Source: Mobula hypostoma (lineage: Eukaryota). From it: 64,000 bases of DNA. Below the pieces are notes generated by a model. The model had not been told where the DNA came from. It ran no database searches and worked only from the letters and a program-made list of their open reading frames with translations. A program made the position numbers and the translations under genes. Shown here one piece after another: positions 25,509 through 39,879 of the stretch. Every line of letters begins with the position of its first letter. Positions within the stretch are counted from its first letter, which is position 1. The stretch lies in contig NC_086104.1 in NCBI RefSeq assembly GCF_963921235.1, positions 4,092,001 through 4,156,000 of the forward strand, in the 5' to 3' direction.

Positions 25509-27682
25509 CTTATGATCATGGCTGATCATCCAACTCAGAACCCTGCACCAGCCTTCCCACCATCCCCCTGATCCCCGTAGCCGCAAGGGCCATATCTAAC
25601 TCCCTCTTAAATATAGCCAATGAACTGGCCTCAACTGTTTCCTGTGGCAGAGAATTCCACAGATTCACCACTCTCTGTGTGAAGAAGTTTTTCCTAATCT
25701 CAGTCCTAAAAGGCTTCCCCTTTATCCTCAAACTGTGACCCCTCGTTCTGGACTTCCCCAACATCGGGAACAATCTTCCTGCATCGAGTTTGTCCAATCC
25801 CTTTAGGATTTTATACGTTTCAATCAGATCCCCCCTCAATCTTCTAAATTCCAACGAGTACAAGCCTAGTTCATCCAGTCTTTCTTCATATGAAAGTCCT
25901 GCCATCCCAGGAATCAGTCTGGTGAACCTTCTTTGTACTCCCTCTATGGCAAGGATGTCTTTCCTCAGATTAGGGGACCAAAACTGCACACAATACTCCA
26001 GGTGTGGTCTCACCAAGGCCTTGTACAACTGCAGTAGTACCTCCCTGCTCCTGTACTCGAATCCTCTCGCTATAAATGCCAGCATACCATTCGCCTTTTT
26101 CACTGCCTGCTGTACCTGCATGCCCGCTTTCAATGACTGGTGTATAATGACACCCAGGTCTCGTTGCACCTCCCCTTTTCTTAATCGACCACCATTCAGA
26201 TAATAATCTGCTTTCCTATTTTTGCCACCAAAGTGGATAACTTCACATTTATCCACATTAAATTGCATCTGCCATGAATTTGCCCACTCACCCAACCTAT
26301 CCAAGTCACCCTGCATCCTCTTAGCATCCTCCTCACAGCTAACACTGCCGCCCAGCTTCGTGTCATCTGCAAACTTGGAGATGCTGCATTTAATTCCCTC
26401 ATCCAAGTCATTAATATATATTGTAAACAACTGGGGTCCCAGCACTGAGCCTTGTGGTACTCCACTAGTCACTGCCTGCCATTCTGAAAAGGTCCCATTT
26501 ATTCCCACTCTTTGCTTCCTGTCTGCTAACCAATTCTCTGTCCACATCAATACCATACCCCCAATACCGTGTGCTTTAAGTTTGCACACTAATCTCCTGT
26601 GTGGGACCTTGTCAAAAGCCTTTTGAAAATCCAAATATACACATCCACTGGTTCTCCCCTATCCACTCTACTAGTTACATCCTCAAAAAATTCTATGAGA
26701 TTCGTCAGACATGATTTTCCTTTCACAAATCCATGCTGACTTTGTCCGATGATTTCACCGCTTTCCAAATGTGCTGTTATCACATCTTTGATAACTGACT
26801 CCAGCAGTTTCCCCACCACCGACGTTAGGCTAACCGGTCTATAATTCCCCGGTTTCTCTCTCCCTCTTTTTTTAAAAAGTGGGGTTACATTAGCCACCCT
26901 CCAATCCTCAGGAACTAGTCCAGAATCTAATGAGTTTTGAAAAATTATCACTAATGCATCCACTATTTCTTGGGCTACTTCCTTAAGCACTCTGGGATGC
27001 AGATCATCTGGCCCTGGGGATTTATCTGCCTTTAATCCCTTCAATTTACCTAACACCACTTCCCTACTAACATGTATTTCCCTCAGTTCCTCCAGCTCAC
27101 TGGACCCTCTGTCCCCTACTATTTCTGGAAGATTATTTATGTCCTCCTTAGTGAAGACAGAACCAAAGTAATTATTCAATTGGTCTGCCATGTCCTTGCT
27201 CCCCATAATAAATTCACCTGTTTCTGTCTGTAGGGGACCTACATTTGTCTTTACCAGTCTTTTCCTTTTTACATATCTATAAAAGCTTTTACAGTCAGTT
27301 TTTATGTTCCCTGCCAGTTTTCTCTCATAATCTTTTTTCCCCTTCCTAATTAAGCCCTTTGTCCTCCTCTGATGAACTCTGAATTTCTCCCAGTCCTCAG
27401 GTGAGCCACTTTTTCTGGCTAATTTGTATGCTTCTTTTTGGAATTGATACTATCCCTAACTTCTCTTGTCAGCCACGGGTGCACTACCTTCCTTGATTTA
27501 TTCTTTTGCCAAACTGGGATGAACAATTGTTGTAGTTCATCCATGCAATCTTTAAATGCTTGCCATTGCATATCCACCGTCAATCCTTTAAGTGTCATTT
27601 GTCAGTCTATTTTAGCTAATTCACGTCTCACGCCTTCAAAGTTACCCCTCTTTAAGTTCAGAACCTTTGTTTCTGAATTAAC
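25509..27682 (-). mobile_element. CR1 family A, young, truncated at both ends
   Basis: RT ORF 25516-26634 (372 aa) and 26589-27206; the terminal microsatellite tail is missing. Confidence 0.92.
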
Positions 27683-27914
27683 ATGTTTGCACTCTGGTAA
27701 TAAATTTTACCAAGCATTCAGCAGGTCAGAGAGAAACTGAGTTCATGGTATACATAGAAAACCTGATGATGCTCACCCAGGTTGCTGATACTACTGAGTA
27801 AGGAGGGTGCGTTGGCAAAACTACAGAAGATTGGAATTTATTGAAGAAAAATCTCAAATGATTCGATAAAGTCAAATGACCACATCTTCTTCATCCATTT
27901 TATGTTCAAGGGTC

Positions 27915-28720
27915 ATAGAATCACAGAGACTACAGCAGACAAACAGGTTGTTCTGCGGATCTGGTCTATGCCAACCTGATCTTCTACCTAGTCCCATTTA
28001 CCTGCACCTGGACCATATCCCTCCATAACCCTGTCATCCATGTACATATTCAAACTTCCCTTAAGTGTGACAATTGAACCTATATCCACCACTTCCACTG
28101 ACAGATGGTTCCACACAGTCACCACCCTCTCAGTGAAGAATGTTCCCCTTGAATATTTCACTTTTCACTCTCAACCTGACACCTCTAGTTCCAGACACAG
28201 TCAACCTGAAGTGAAAAGGCCTGTACGTATAAGTATTTATACCTCTATCCAATCTCCCCTCATTCTCCAGCACTCCACTCAAAAAATGCCTGAAACTATT
28301 CAATCTTTCATCATCACTCAGATCCTCAAGTGTCCTTGTAAATTTTCCCTGCAGCCTTTCAATCTTATTGATATCTTTCCTGCAGGTAGGTAACCAGAGT
28401 AGGTAGGCATTGCACCCAATTCTCCAAGTCAGCCTCCACAATGTTTTACAAAATGTCAACCTAATATCCCAACTATTGTACCCTATACTTTAATTTATGA
28501 AAGCCAATGAATTAAAAGCTCTCTTTACGATACTATCCAAGAAGACAATTTCAAGGATTTATGGACCTGCTTTCCCAGTTCCCTCATTCTACCGCACCCC
28601 TCTGTGCTCTACTTTTCACTATGTTAGTCCTACCCTGGCTTGACCTCTCAAAGTGCAACTTCGCATACTGGTCTGCCAGTTTTCAGCCTATTTTTCCTGC
28701 TGGTACAGATACCACTGCAA
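27915..28720 (-). mobile_element. CR1 3' fragment, degenerate
   Basis: RKDINKIERLQGKFTR-like ORF 28130-28459. Confidence 0.7.
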
Positions 28721-28774
28721 ATTTTAATTGTAATGGCTTCTCTGTAATGTTCACTGCTGAAGTAATGGTTCCTC

Positions 28775-29273
28775 TGTAGCAGCATGGTTGGGTTATGGCG
28801 GGAGATAACAGGATTGTGGTTTGCATGTCAGCCACTCGGAGATTGTTGCTTTGTCTTGTGCATCTGGAAGGATGTTTTTCTGCGGTCTTTTGTCGAGGAG
28901 AGATGAAGAGGGAAGACGCGTGTGGAGAGAGCTGGTAGACCACTGGACGCAGTGGACTGGGGTCTGAGGGTCCGAAAGTCGCAACGCTCGGAGGAGACCG
29001 ATGGTGGAAGAATGATTACTGATTGAGCTCCAACGTGAACTTTTGACTGGAATTTGGCCCTTTTTTATTTTAACTACTAACTCTATATTCAGATTAAGAT
29101 TCATAAAGTTCAATCATTTCATTGCATATGGTGTACTGTCTGATAGTTTGCGTTGTGGGTTTGTGACTGGGGGTACATTACACAGCGTCCACACAAATGT
29201 GATTTCCCAGTTTGACGGGGCCAACAGCTGTCTCCCCCAGATGAACACAAGCTGGGCGAGCCTGGGGGTTACA
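28775..29273 (+). mobile_element. Solo-LTR-like repeat, about 500 bp
   Basis: TGTAGCAGC...GGGGTTACA termini; diverged inverted copy at 31009-31507; TSD not clear. Confidence 0.55.
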
Positions 29274-30668
29274 CCATAGTTTTCTTTGGTGTCCACTACA
29301 CCTCCCAGTCTTTGCGCAACGCACAAATGTTCTGATTCAGTTTATCACATTATCATCTAAATCATTAATGTGGATGATAAAACAACAACAGACCCAGCAC
29401 CTATTCCCAGTGGCACATCACTGCTCACAGGCCACCATTCCGTCAGAGAGACAAACATCTACTACCACTCTGGCTTCTCCCACTAAGCCAACTTAGAATA
29501 TACAAGCTACTTCACCTTTAGGGATCAGCCTTTCATGCAGGACTTTGTCAAACACCTTGTTGAAATCCGTGTGGGCAAGGTCCACTGGCTTTCCCTGGTA
29601 CAATTTCCTGGTTAATTTGTTGAGCATTTCTTGAACAACAATACAACAATAGTATTCTTCAGTCTTCCAATAGCCAACCTGTGGCTGAATATCTCTGCCA
29701 GAGCCCCTGTAATTGCTGCACTGGTCTACCACAAAGTCCAAGAGGTATGATCTCTCAGATGGCACCCATTTCAATTCAACTCCCCATTCTGAAATGTCAG
29801 TCCATGTCCTTCTCTACTGTCAAAATGAGACTAAACTAAGTCATGAATTGTTGTCATGAACTTTGATCTCTCCAACTTCTGGTAATTTTTCATCCTTCCC
29901 ACTCTTTCATTTTCCATTCACCATTTTGATTAGTCTCTCATCCTTCCTCATCTCCTCATCTATCCATCACCTCCTACTGAGGTTCCTGCTCCTTCCCTTT
30001 CTTCCATGGTCCCCTGCCTTTTCTTATCAGATCCTACTTATTTTACCTCTACTACCTATCCCTTCCCAGCTACTTACCTCATCTCCTTTTGCCACTCACC
30101 TACCTTCCTCCTCACCTGGTAACACCTATCACCTGCCAGCTCGTAGTCCTTCCTCCCTCCTCACCATCTTATTTGAAGCCTCTTTCCAACCCTGGTGAAT
30201 GGTCTCTGCCCAAGTTATTAACTGTTTATTCCCCTCGATAGTTGTTGCCAGACTTGCTGAATTCTTCCAGCATTTATTATGTGATGGCCCATGTTCTACC
30301 AAAATTTCTTCTGTCTCTTCAACAATACTGTTTGTACATTGCTCCTGTTACCCAAATAGAGAAAGTTCCCTTTTACAATTTATATTTCCTTATGGTTGCA
30401 ATAGCCAGGGGTGATAATGGGGATAAGCTCCCATTACCTGTTAGATACTCCCAATGGCGTGTGCCTCAAATAGCCTCTGGCAACCAAGTCCAGCTCTTGT
30501 CCTTCATGTGTGACTTCTCTACTAAGCCTGGAGGAACCGTTTCTACTGACAAGAGAAGGGGCACAGTTGGGTTACTAGTTGGATACCTTAAAACCAGTTG
30601 CTTTGGGCAGGTGGGGCTTGTCAGCTGTGGTCAGCGCTGGGAGCAAACCTTGAAGGAAAAATATGGAA

Positions 30669-30878
30669 GCATGAGGAATTCTGCAGATGCTGGAAATTCA
30701 AGCAATACACATCAAAGTTGCTGGTGAATGCAGCAGGCCAGGCAGCATCTTTAGGAAGAGGTACAGTTGACGTTTCGGGCTGAGGCCCGAGTCCTGATGA
30801 AGGGTCTCGGCCCGAAACGTCGACTGTACCTCTTCCTAGAGATGCTGCCTGGCCTGCTGCATTCACCAGCAACTTTGA
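30669..30878. mobile_element. 210-bp fold-back Penelope pseudo-LTR insertion
   Basis: Perfect 14-bp TSD ggaaaaatatggaa at 30655-30668 and 30879-30892; 72-bp inverted arms at 30712-30783 and 30807-30878. Confidence 0.85.
30790..30825 (+). ncRNA. Minimal type I hammerhead ribozyme motif (Penelope-borne)
   Basis: Stem I AGUC/GACU, core CUGAUGA, extra A, stem II GGG/CCC, GAAA, palindromic ACGU stem III, predicted cleavage after GUC (30821). Confidence 0.7.
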
Positions 30879-31008
30879 GGAAAAATATGGAACTGGATTC
30901 CCAAATGCAGTCCAATGTTAAGTTCAACACTGACTGGCAACTCCTGCAAAGCTGTTGGTGTCAAACTGTATTGGCCTCTGTCATTTCTTTGAGATCATCA
31001 GATGCATG

Positions 31009-31507
31009 AGTAACCCTCCGGCTCAGCCAGCCCGTGTTTGTCTAGGGGGCCCCGCCAAACTGAGAAATCTCGCTTGTGTGGATGCTGTGTGATGTGTTGC
31101 CCGGTTACAAATCCGCACTGCAAAATATCAAACAGTACACCATATGCAACTGAATGATTGAACTTTATAAATCTTAATGTGGATAGAGGGATAGTAAAGA
31201 AAATAAAAAGTAAAAGGGCCCATTTTAAGGAAAAAGTCAAAAGTGCACGTTGGATCTCACTGCTCCGGCTATGCATCAACCATCGACCTCCTCTGTGCGT
31301 CGCCTGCCTTCGGGCCCACGCCCCCAGTCCACTCCATCCAGTCATCTCCCAGCTCTCTCCACACATGTCTTCCTTCTTCTTCTCTCACCAACAAAAGACC
31401 ATGAAAATCTCTTTTCCAGACTCACAAGAAACAACATTTTTTCCATTGGATAATGTACATTCCAAAGCCCCGTAATCTCTAGTCAGAACCCAAACATTGC
31501 TGCTACA
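31009..31507 (-). mobile_element. Solo-LTR-like repeat, same family as 28775-29273
   Basis: Shared ataaagttcaatcatt..gcatatggtgtactgt core and a gctgctaca terminus. Confidence 0.55.
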
Positions 31508-32039
31508 GAGAAACCATTACGTTAGCAGTGAAACATTGCAGAGGGGTCATTACATCAGCAGTGAAACCTTACAGTGTGGGTTACGTATGTAGAGGGGGAG
31601 CCTCCTGCATGGACAACAGCTTGCTCTCCATATTGTACTGCCCTGACTTGAGTATCTGGGCAGCTGGAAAACAGCATCCACTGTCATCCCTGAGACAAGA
31701 GCCTCTCTCTCTCTCTCTCATTTTCAAACCAGTTTAAAATGGTGTTCCTGACAGCTTGAATAAACTGTCAGTAATGGATGAGTATGAGTAACAGGTCCGA
31801 GAGAACTTTGTTGACAGATGTAATGAGAACTGTCTTGTTCTGCCGAGACCAAATAGTGTTACTTTTACAACCTAATTTATACCTAATGAGTCTCCTTTTG
31901 GTGGAAGGAGGTGAATTAGGATAAATGTAGATGAAACCTTTTCCTGTTACTCATTAGTAAATGCGAGCTAATAAATTGGAGCTGCCTAAATCTCTCAGCA
32001 GTTAGCAAGCATTTAATGGATATATTGGGAACTGCTGAC

Positions 32040-33400
32040 ATAATTGCCATTAGAGCAGCAAATGACTGTATTTTTTATCAACAAACAATCTGCTGGTGAC
32101 AGAGGGAGGAGGTGAATGGGCAGGTGTAACGCTTAGGCTGCTTGAAGAGATAAGTGCTTGGAGGGAGATTAGTGGGGAGGGACGAATGGACAAGGGAATC
32201 CCGGAGGTACTGATCCTTGTGGGAAGCAGGGGTCTGGGAGGAGGTGAAGATATGTTTACTGGAAGGATCCCTTTGCAGATGGCAGTAGTTGCGGAGGGTG
32301 ATCTGTTGGATGTGAAGATCGATGGGGTGGTAGGCAAGAACAAAAGGAACTCCATCATTGTTAAGGTGGCGTGCATGCTTGGGAAATCGAGGAGATGTGT
32401 GTGAGGGCAGCATCAATAGTGGAGGAAGAAAACCTTATTCTTTGAACAAGGAAGACATCTCTGATGTCCTGGAATGGTAAGCTGAGTCCTGGGAATAGAC
32501 TGTGGCAGAGATGAAGGAACAGAGGAAAGAGAATAGTACTTTTACAGGAGATAGCACAGTCACGATAACCAATGGTATCAGAAGGTTTATAAAAGGTGTC
32601 AGTTGGCAATTTGTCTCCAGAGATGAAGACAGAGATTGAGAAAGGGGAAGAAGGCGTCCGCGATGGACCAAGTGAATTTAAGGCAGGGTGGAAATTAAAG
32701 GCTAATTTGATGAAATTCACGAAATCATCATGGGTGCATGAAGCAGCACCAATGCAGTTGTCAATGTAGCAGAAGAAGTGTTGGGGAGTAATGCGAGGGA
32801 AGGATCAGAACATGGATTGTTCTACGTAGCCAATGAAGTGGCAGGCATACCCGGGGCCCATACCGATGCCCATGGCTACCCCTTGAGTTTGGAGAAAGTG
32901 GGAGGAGCTGAAGGAAAATTTGCTGAGGATGAGGAGCAGTCCTGCCAGACAGAGGAGGGTGGAGTTGGAGGGGAATTGATTGGTTCTTTTATCATCAAAG
33001 AAGCAGAGAGGTTTGAGGCCTTTTTGATGGGGAATAGTAGTGTATAGGGACTGAACATCCATGGTGAAAATGAGGCTGTCGGGACCAGGGAATTGAAAGT
33101 CACTGATGAGATTGCGGGCATGAGAAGTGCTGAGGACGTAGGTGGGAAGGAACTGAACCAAGGGGGAATAGAATAGAATCAAGGTATGAGGACACGAGTT
33201 TAGTGGGGCAGGAACAGGCAGAGACAATAGACCTACAGTCCAGTTTGTGGATCTTGAGTAGGAGGTAGAAGTGGGCAGTGCCGTAGTAAGGGAATTATGA
33301 ATTTGGTGGCAGTGGATGGGAATTCCTCAAAGAAGAGGTCAGTGGTGGTGTCAGAGACGATTTTCTGATTGTCTGGATGGGTGTCCTCCTCAAGGGGTAG
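32040..33400 (-). mobile_element. Penelope-like element RT region, degenerate
   Basis: FTMDVQSLYTTIPH and TQGVAMGIGMGPGYA (ORF 32805-33227). Confidence 0.8.
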
Positions 33401-33429
33401 GAATAAAGAGTTTTCTTTAACTTAGTCCT

Positions 33430-35720
33430 CCTCCAATATGACACTTGATTTGCTTAAAGAAATCGCAATCATGCTGGTACCTCAGAAAAATAAGATAATG
33501 TGCCACCTAGTGGCTCTGATATCCACCTTCATGATGTGCTTCCAGAGGCTGGTCATTACACACATCAACTCCAACCTCCCAAACTCAACCACTGCAATTC
33601 ACCTGCTGCCAAAACAAGTCCACACTAGATACCCTCTCTCAAACATCTGGGTAATAAAGACACCTACAACTATTTCTTGAACACAGGTGCAACTTCAATA
33701 CCATAATAAAAAGTTCCAAGTTCAGAGATCAAAGTAAATTTATTATCAAAGTACATATATGTCACCATCTTCAGCCCTGAGATTCATCTTCCCATGGGCA
33801 TACTCAATAAATCCAATAACCATGATAGGATCAATGAATGACCACACCAACAGGGTAGGCAACCAATGTGTAAAAGACAACAAGCTGTGCAAATACAAAA
33901 GAAAAAAAATCATAATAATTTCCAAAGATATACACATGAACTTTCGACTAGGTAAGTATGAAACATTAAGCATTAAGAGAGGTGTAATCGAGCTAGTAGA
34001 ATACAAAACAGAGAAGAAGAATACAATACATCGATAGATAAATATACTGTAACGATCTGGGATATCAACAAGCAAAGAAAAAAGATCAAATTCTGTTAAA
34101 GCGAAAACCTTCAACAAAATTTACTTCAAAGCTTAAGAAAATCTGCCAAACAGAGCTCAACAGTGAACATAATACAAAGGCAATAAACACTTTCTTTATA
34201 CCCATATTAATATGTTCTTTGACATCATATCTTAGTCTGAAACCAACCTGGATAATTCACAAATAAAATAATAAGAACTGAAATGACAAATTTTAGAAAG
34301 CAAAACATACACTCAAACATGCTTAGATTTACAGAACCTAGGACAGGAGGAGGAAGAAGAATAACAGACATTAAAAATCTTACAGAACAGCAGCCAGGCC
34401 ACCTGAGTTCCTCTAGCATTCTGTGTGCATCAATAAGACTTCTAAGGATATGTTTTCATCAATGAAAATAAGATTCAGCACACCACACAACAAATGGAAT
34501 TCTAATCAGAAGTATATGTCACTGAACTTAACTGAGAGCACAACCCAGAGAAAATGAAGAAATTGCTATGTTGAAGAAGGTACTGCATCATGTCTTCTTC
34601 CTCACAGGTCTAAGGAAATCTGGCATATTCCCAAAGACCATCACCAGTTTTTATACAGAGAGCAGTCTGTCTCCATGCGTCATAGACTCATATGGCAACA
34701 GCTCTGCCCAAGACTGCATTAAAATTACAGAGTTGTGAACGCAGCTCTTCCATGGCAAAATCCAACCTCCCTCCATACAATTCTCAATGTCTCAGGAAAA
34801 CAGACAACATAATCAAAAGCCCCTACCCTGGACAGAGTTATGTTCTCCCCACTTCTGTTGGGAAAAAGATATTAGGGATAAAAAACATGCAGCACAATAT
34901 CTATTCTATTATAAAATTCTTGAATGGACCTCTTGTATAATAAAGATGAACTCTTGATCTTTCACTCTAATGTCTCACTAATGCCTACCTACCCTGAACT
35001 TCTCACTCATTGTCAATGACACCAATGAACTGATAGTAGACTTCAGGTGAAGGAAGCCAGAGGTCCATAAGCCAGTAATCATCAGAGGTGGTGTGTGTCA
35101 GTAAATTTAAATTCCAGGGTGTCACTATCTTAGAGGACCCGTCCTGGACCCATCATATAAATATAATTGCGAAGAGAGCACACATGCATCTCTACTTCCT
35201 CGGGGGATAACTATACTCATTTAAGGACTCTTTGTTTGTTATTTCATGTTCATTATTTACTGCTATTAATTTATATTTGCATTTGCACAGTTTGTTGTCC
35301 ATCGACCCTGTTTAATGTTCAATAGATTTGCTCAGTATGCCCACAGAAAAAGAATCTCAGGGTTGTATGTGCTGATGTCTATGCACTCCGATAATAAACC
35401 TCAATTTGAACTTTGAAACTCAAACTTTCTCTGTAACTTTGATGCTATTTTCTGCAATCAGTTGTTGCATTTTCTTGATGTGCTCGTGTTTGGAAAGATC
35501 TCTCTGGAAGATATGCAGAGCAAAGCTTTGTCCTGGATGTTGGGCACTAGCCTCTGTAGCATCCAGGATATCTTCAGTGAGCGATGTCACAACAAGGTGG
35601 AATCCATCATTAAGGTCCCTCGTCTCCTAAGACAAGCCCTCTTCTCATTGCTACCATCAAGGATGGGTACAGGAGCCTGAACGCACACACTCAGTGATTG
35701 AGGAACTGCTTCTTCCCCTC
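33430..35720. mobile_element. Mixed Rex1 fragments and LINE 3' scraps
   Basis: MMCFQRLVITHIN and LRKSGIFPKT-like fragments; actttga tails. Confidence 0.5.
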
Positions 35721-35734
35721 TGCCATCTGATTTC

Positions 35735-36022
35735 CTGCCTCGCCTCAAGTCTCTAAGACTCCAGCCTCGTCCTGCCTGCCAGCCAAGCCTCATCATTGCC
35801 TAGTTCTGGGGTCCGAGCCAGAGGCAAGACCCAGGAACTGGGTCCTTGTCCAGTCTCCGGCTCAGAGTCCAAGCCCGGGCTCCTGGCTCTTTTGTCCAGT
35901 CCTGTTCCAGGTTCCCGGTTTTCCTGTCCATGTCCTTACCATCGCCCTGTATCCTAGTCCTGTCCCTAGTACTTCAGTGTCTGTGTCTTGCACTTGGGTC
36001 CATTCCCAGCCACAGCCCTATG
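35735..36022 (+). mobile_element. Partial LTR related to 18660-20338
   Basis: Matches the reverse complement of 18660-18960 and ends ...cttgggtccattccc...atgaca. Confidence 0.65.
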
Positions 36023-36784
36023 ACAGCTAGTGGCAACGAATTCCACAGATTCACCTTTCTCTGACTAAAGAAATTCCTCCACGCCTCCATTCCAACTCTA
36101 TTCTGATCTTAGACTCTCCCACTATACGAAACATCCTCTCCACATCTACTCTTTTGAGGCTTTTCAATATCCAACAGGGTTCAATGAAGTCACCGCTCAG
36201 TCTTCTGAATTACACTCTATGGTCCACTCTCCTCTCATATCAGATTCTTTCTTCACCAGACCTTTATCTTTCACACCCACCTGGCTTCACCTCTCATATT
36301 CTACATTTTCCTTTCCCTCCCCCAACATTTTTATTCTGGCATCTTCCTCCTTCCTTGCCAGTCCTGATGAAGGGTGTCCGCCCGAAACATCAACTGTTTA
36401 ATCATTTCCATAGATGCTGCCAGACCTGCTGAGTTCCTTCAGCATTTTGTATGTTACTCTAAATTTCCAGCATCTGCAGACTTACTCGTGTTTTTGGTCT
36501 GCAGATTTCCTTGTGTTTCCCTATCGATTACTTCTATGTTTTATCTGACTTTAGGGTCGCAGCTCAGCTGCCGATTTTCTGGAGAAAACAAACCAAGTTT
36601 GTCCAAACTCCCCTTCTAACTAAAGGTCTGCAATCCAGGCCACATCCTGGTGAACCTCTTCTGCATCCTCTCCAAAGTCTCCGCAACCTTCTTGTAACAG
36701 AGTAACCAGAACTGCACAGGAAATGTCCCCCAAGCAGAACTTCACACAGCTGCTGCATGACTCCTTGTGCATATACATTCTCTA

Positions 36785-39735
36785 CATAGAAACATAGAAA
36801 CATAGAAAATAGGTGCAGGAGTAGGCCATTCGGCCCTTTGAGCCGGCACTGCCATTTATTATGATCATGGCTGATCATCCAACTCAGAACCCTGCACCAG
36901 CCTTCCCTCCATACCCCCTGATCCCCGTAGCCACAAGGGCCATATCTAACTCCCTCTTAAATATAGCCGATGAACTGGCCTCAACTGTTCCCTGTGGCAG
37001 AGAATTCCACAGATTCACCACTCTCTGTGTGAAGAAGCTTTTCCTAATCTCAGTCCTAAAAGGCTTCCCCTTTATCCTCAAACTGTGACCCCTCGTTCAG
37101 GACTTCCCCAACATCGGGAACAATCTTCCTGCATCTAGCCTGTCCAATCCCTTTAGGATTTTATACCTTTCAATCAGATCCCCCGCAATCTTCTAAATTC
37201 CAACGAGTACAAGCCTAGTTCATCCAGTCTTTCTTCATATGAAAGTCCTGCCATCCCAGGAATCAATCTGGTGAACCTTCTTTGTACTCCCTCTATGGCA
37301 AGGATGTCTTTCCTCAGATTAGGGGACCAGAACTGCACACAATACTCCAGGTGTGGTCTCACCAAGGCCCTGTACAACTGCAGTAGTACCTCCCTGCTCC
37401 TGTACTCGAATCCTCTCGCTATAAATGCCAGCATACCATTCGCCTTTTTCACCGCCTGCTGTACCTGCATGCCCACTTTCAATGACTGTGTATAATGACA
37501 CCCAGGTCTCATTGCACCTCCCCTTTTCCTAATCGGCCACCATTCAGATAATAATCTGTTTTCCTATTTTTGCCACCAAAGTGAATAACCACACATTTAT
37601 CCACATTAAATTGCATCTGCCATGAATTTGCCTGCTTACCCAACCTATCCAAGTCACCCTGCATCCTCTTAGCATCCTCCTCACAGCTAACACTGCCGCC
37701 CAGCTTCGTGTCATCCGCAAACTTGGAGATGCTGCATTTAATTCCCTCATCTAAGTCATTAATATATATTGTAAACATCTGGGGTCCCAGCACTGAGCCT
37801 TGCGGTACCCCACGAGTCACTGCCTGCCATTCTGAAAAGGTCCCGTTTATTCCCACTCTTTGCTTCCTGTCTGCCAACCAATTCTCTATCCACATCAATA
37901 CCTTACCCCCAATACCGTGTGCTTTAAGTTTGCACACTAATCTCCTGTGTGGGACCTTGTCAAAAGCCTTTTGAAAATCCAAATATACCACATCCACTGG
38001 TTCTCCCCTATCCATTCTACTAGTTACATCCTCAAAAAATTCTATGAGATTCGTCAGACATGATTTTCCTTTCACAAATCCATGCTGACTTTGACCGATC
38101 ATTTCACCGCTTTCCAAATGTGCTGTTATCACATCTTTGATAACTGTCTCCAGCAGTTTCCCCACCACCGACGTTAGGCTAACCGGTCTATAATTCCCCG
38201 GTTTCTCTCTCCCTCCTTTTTTAAAAAGTGGGGTTACTTTAGCCACCCTCTAATCCTCAGAAACTAGTCCAGAATCTAACGAGTTTTGAAAAATTATCAC
38301 TAATGCATCCACTATTTCTTGGGCTACTTCCTTAAGCACTCTGGGATGCAGACCATCTGGCCCTGGGGATTTATCTGCCTTCAATCCCTTCAATTTACCT
38401 AACACCACTTCCCTACTAACATGTATTTTGCTCAGTTACTCCATCTCATTGGACCCTCTGTCCCCTACTATTTCTGGAAGATTATTTATGTCCTCCTCAG
38501 TGAAGACAGAACCAAAGTAGTTATTCAATTGGTCTGCCATGTCCTTTCTCCCCATAATCAATTCACCTGTTTCTGTCTGTAGGGGACCTACATTTGTCTT
38601 TACCAATCTTTTCCTTTTTACGTATCTATAAAAGCTTTTACAGTCCGTTTTTATGTTCCCTGCCAGTTTTCTCTCATAATCTTTTTTCCCCTTTCTAATT
38701 AAGCCCTTTGTCCTCCTCTGCTGAACTATGAATTTCTCCCAGTCCTCAGGTGAGCCACTTTTTCTGGCTAATTTGTATGCTTCTTCTTTGGAATTGATAC
38801 TATCCCTAATTTCTCTTGTCAGCCACGGGTGCACTACCTTCCTTGAGTTATTCTTTTGCCAAACTGGGATGAACAATTGTTGTAGTTCATCCATGCAATC
38901 TTTAAATGCTTGCCATTGCATATCCACCGTCAATCCTTTAAGTGTCATTTGCCAGTCTATCTTAGCTAATTCACGTCTCATACCTTGAAAGTTACCCCTC
39001 CTTAAGTTCAGAACCTTTGTTTCTGAATTAACTATGTCACTCTCCATCTTAATGAAGAATTCCACCATATTATGGTCACTCTTACCCAAGGGGCCTCTCA
39101 CGACAAGATTGCTAATTAACCCTTCCTCATTGCTCAAAACCCAGTCTCGAATAGCCTGCTCTCCAGTTGGTTCCTCGACATGTTGGTTCAAAAAACCATC
39201 CCGCATACATTCCAAGAAATCCTCTTCCTCAGCACCTTTACCAATTTGGTTCACCCAATCTACATGTAGATTGAAGTCACCCATTATAACTGCTGTTCCT
39301 TTATTGCACACATTTCTAATTTCCTGTTTAATACCATCCCCAACCTCACTACTACTGTTAGGTGGCCTGTACACAACTCCTACCAGCGTTTTCTGCCTCT
39401 TAGTGTTATGCAGCTCTACCCATATCGATTCCACATCTTCCCGGCTTATGTCCTTCCTTTCTATTGCGTTAATCTCATCTTTAACCAGCAACGCCACCCC
39501 ACCTCCTTTTCTTTCATGTCTATCCCTCCTGAATATTGAATATCCCTGAACGTTGAGCTCCAATCCTTTGTCACCCTGGAGCCATGTCTCTGTGATCCCA
39601 ACTATATCATAATCATTAATAACAATCTGCACTTTCAATTCATTCACCTTGTTACGAATGCTCCTTGCATTGACACACAAAGCCTTCAGGCGCTCTTTTA
39701 CAACTCTCTTAGTCCTTATACAATTATGTTGAAAA
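36785..39735 (-). mobile_element. CR1 family A, near-complete ORF2, young
   Basis: ORFs 38436-39746 (APE), 37509-38246 (RT) and 37174-37512; (catagaaa)n tail at 36785. Confidence 0.93.
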
Positions 39736-39879
39736 GTGGTCTGCAATCATAAACACAAGAGATTCTGCAGCTAATGGAAATGCAGAACAACACACACAGA
39801 CAATGCTGGAGGGATTTGGCAGGTCAGGCAGCATCTATGGAGAGGAATAAAGAGTCAATGATTCCAGCTGAGATCCTTC

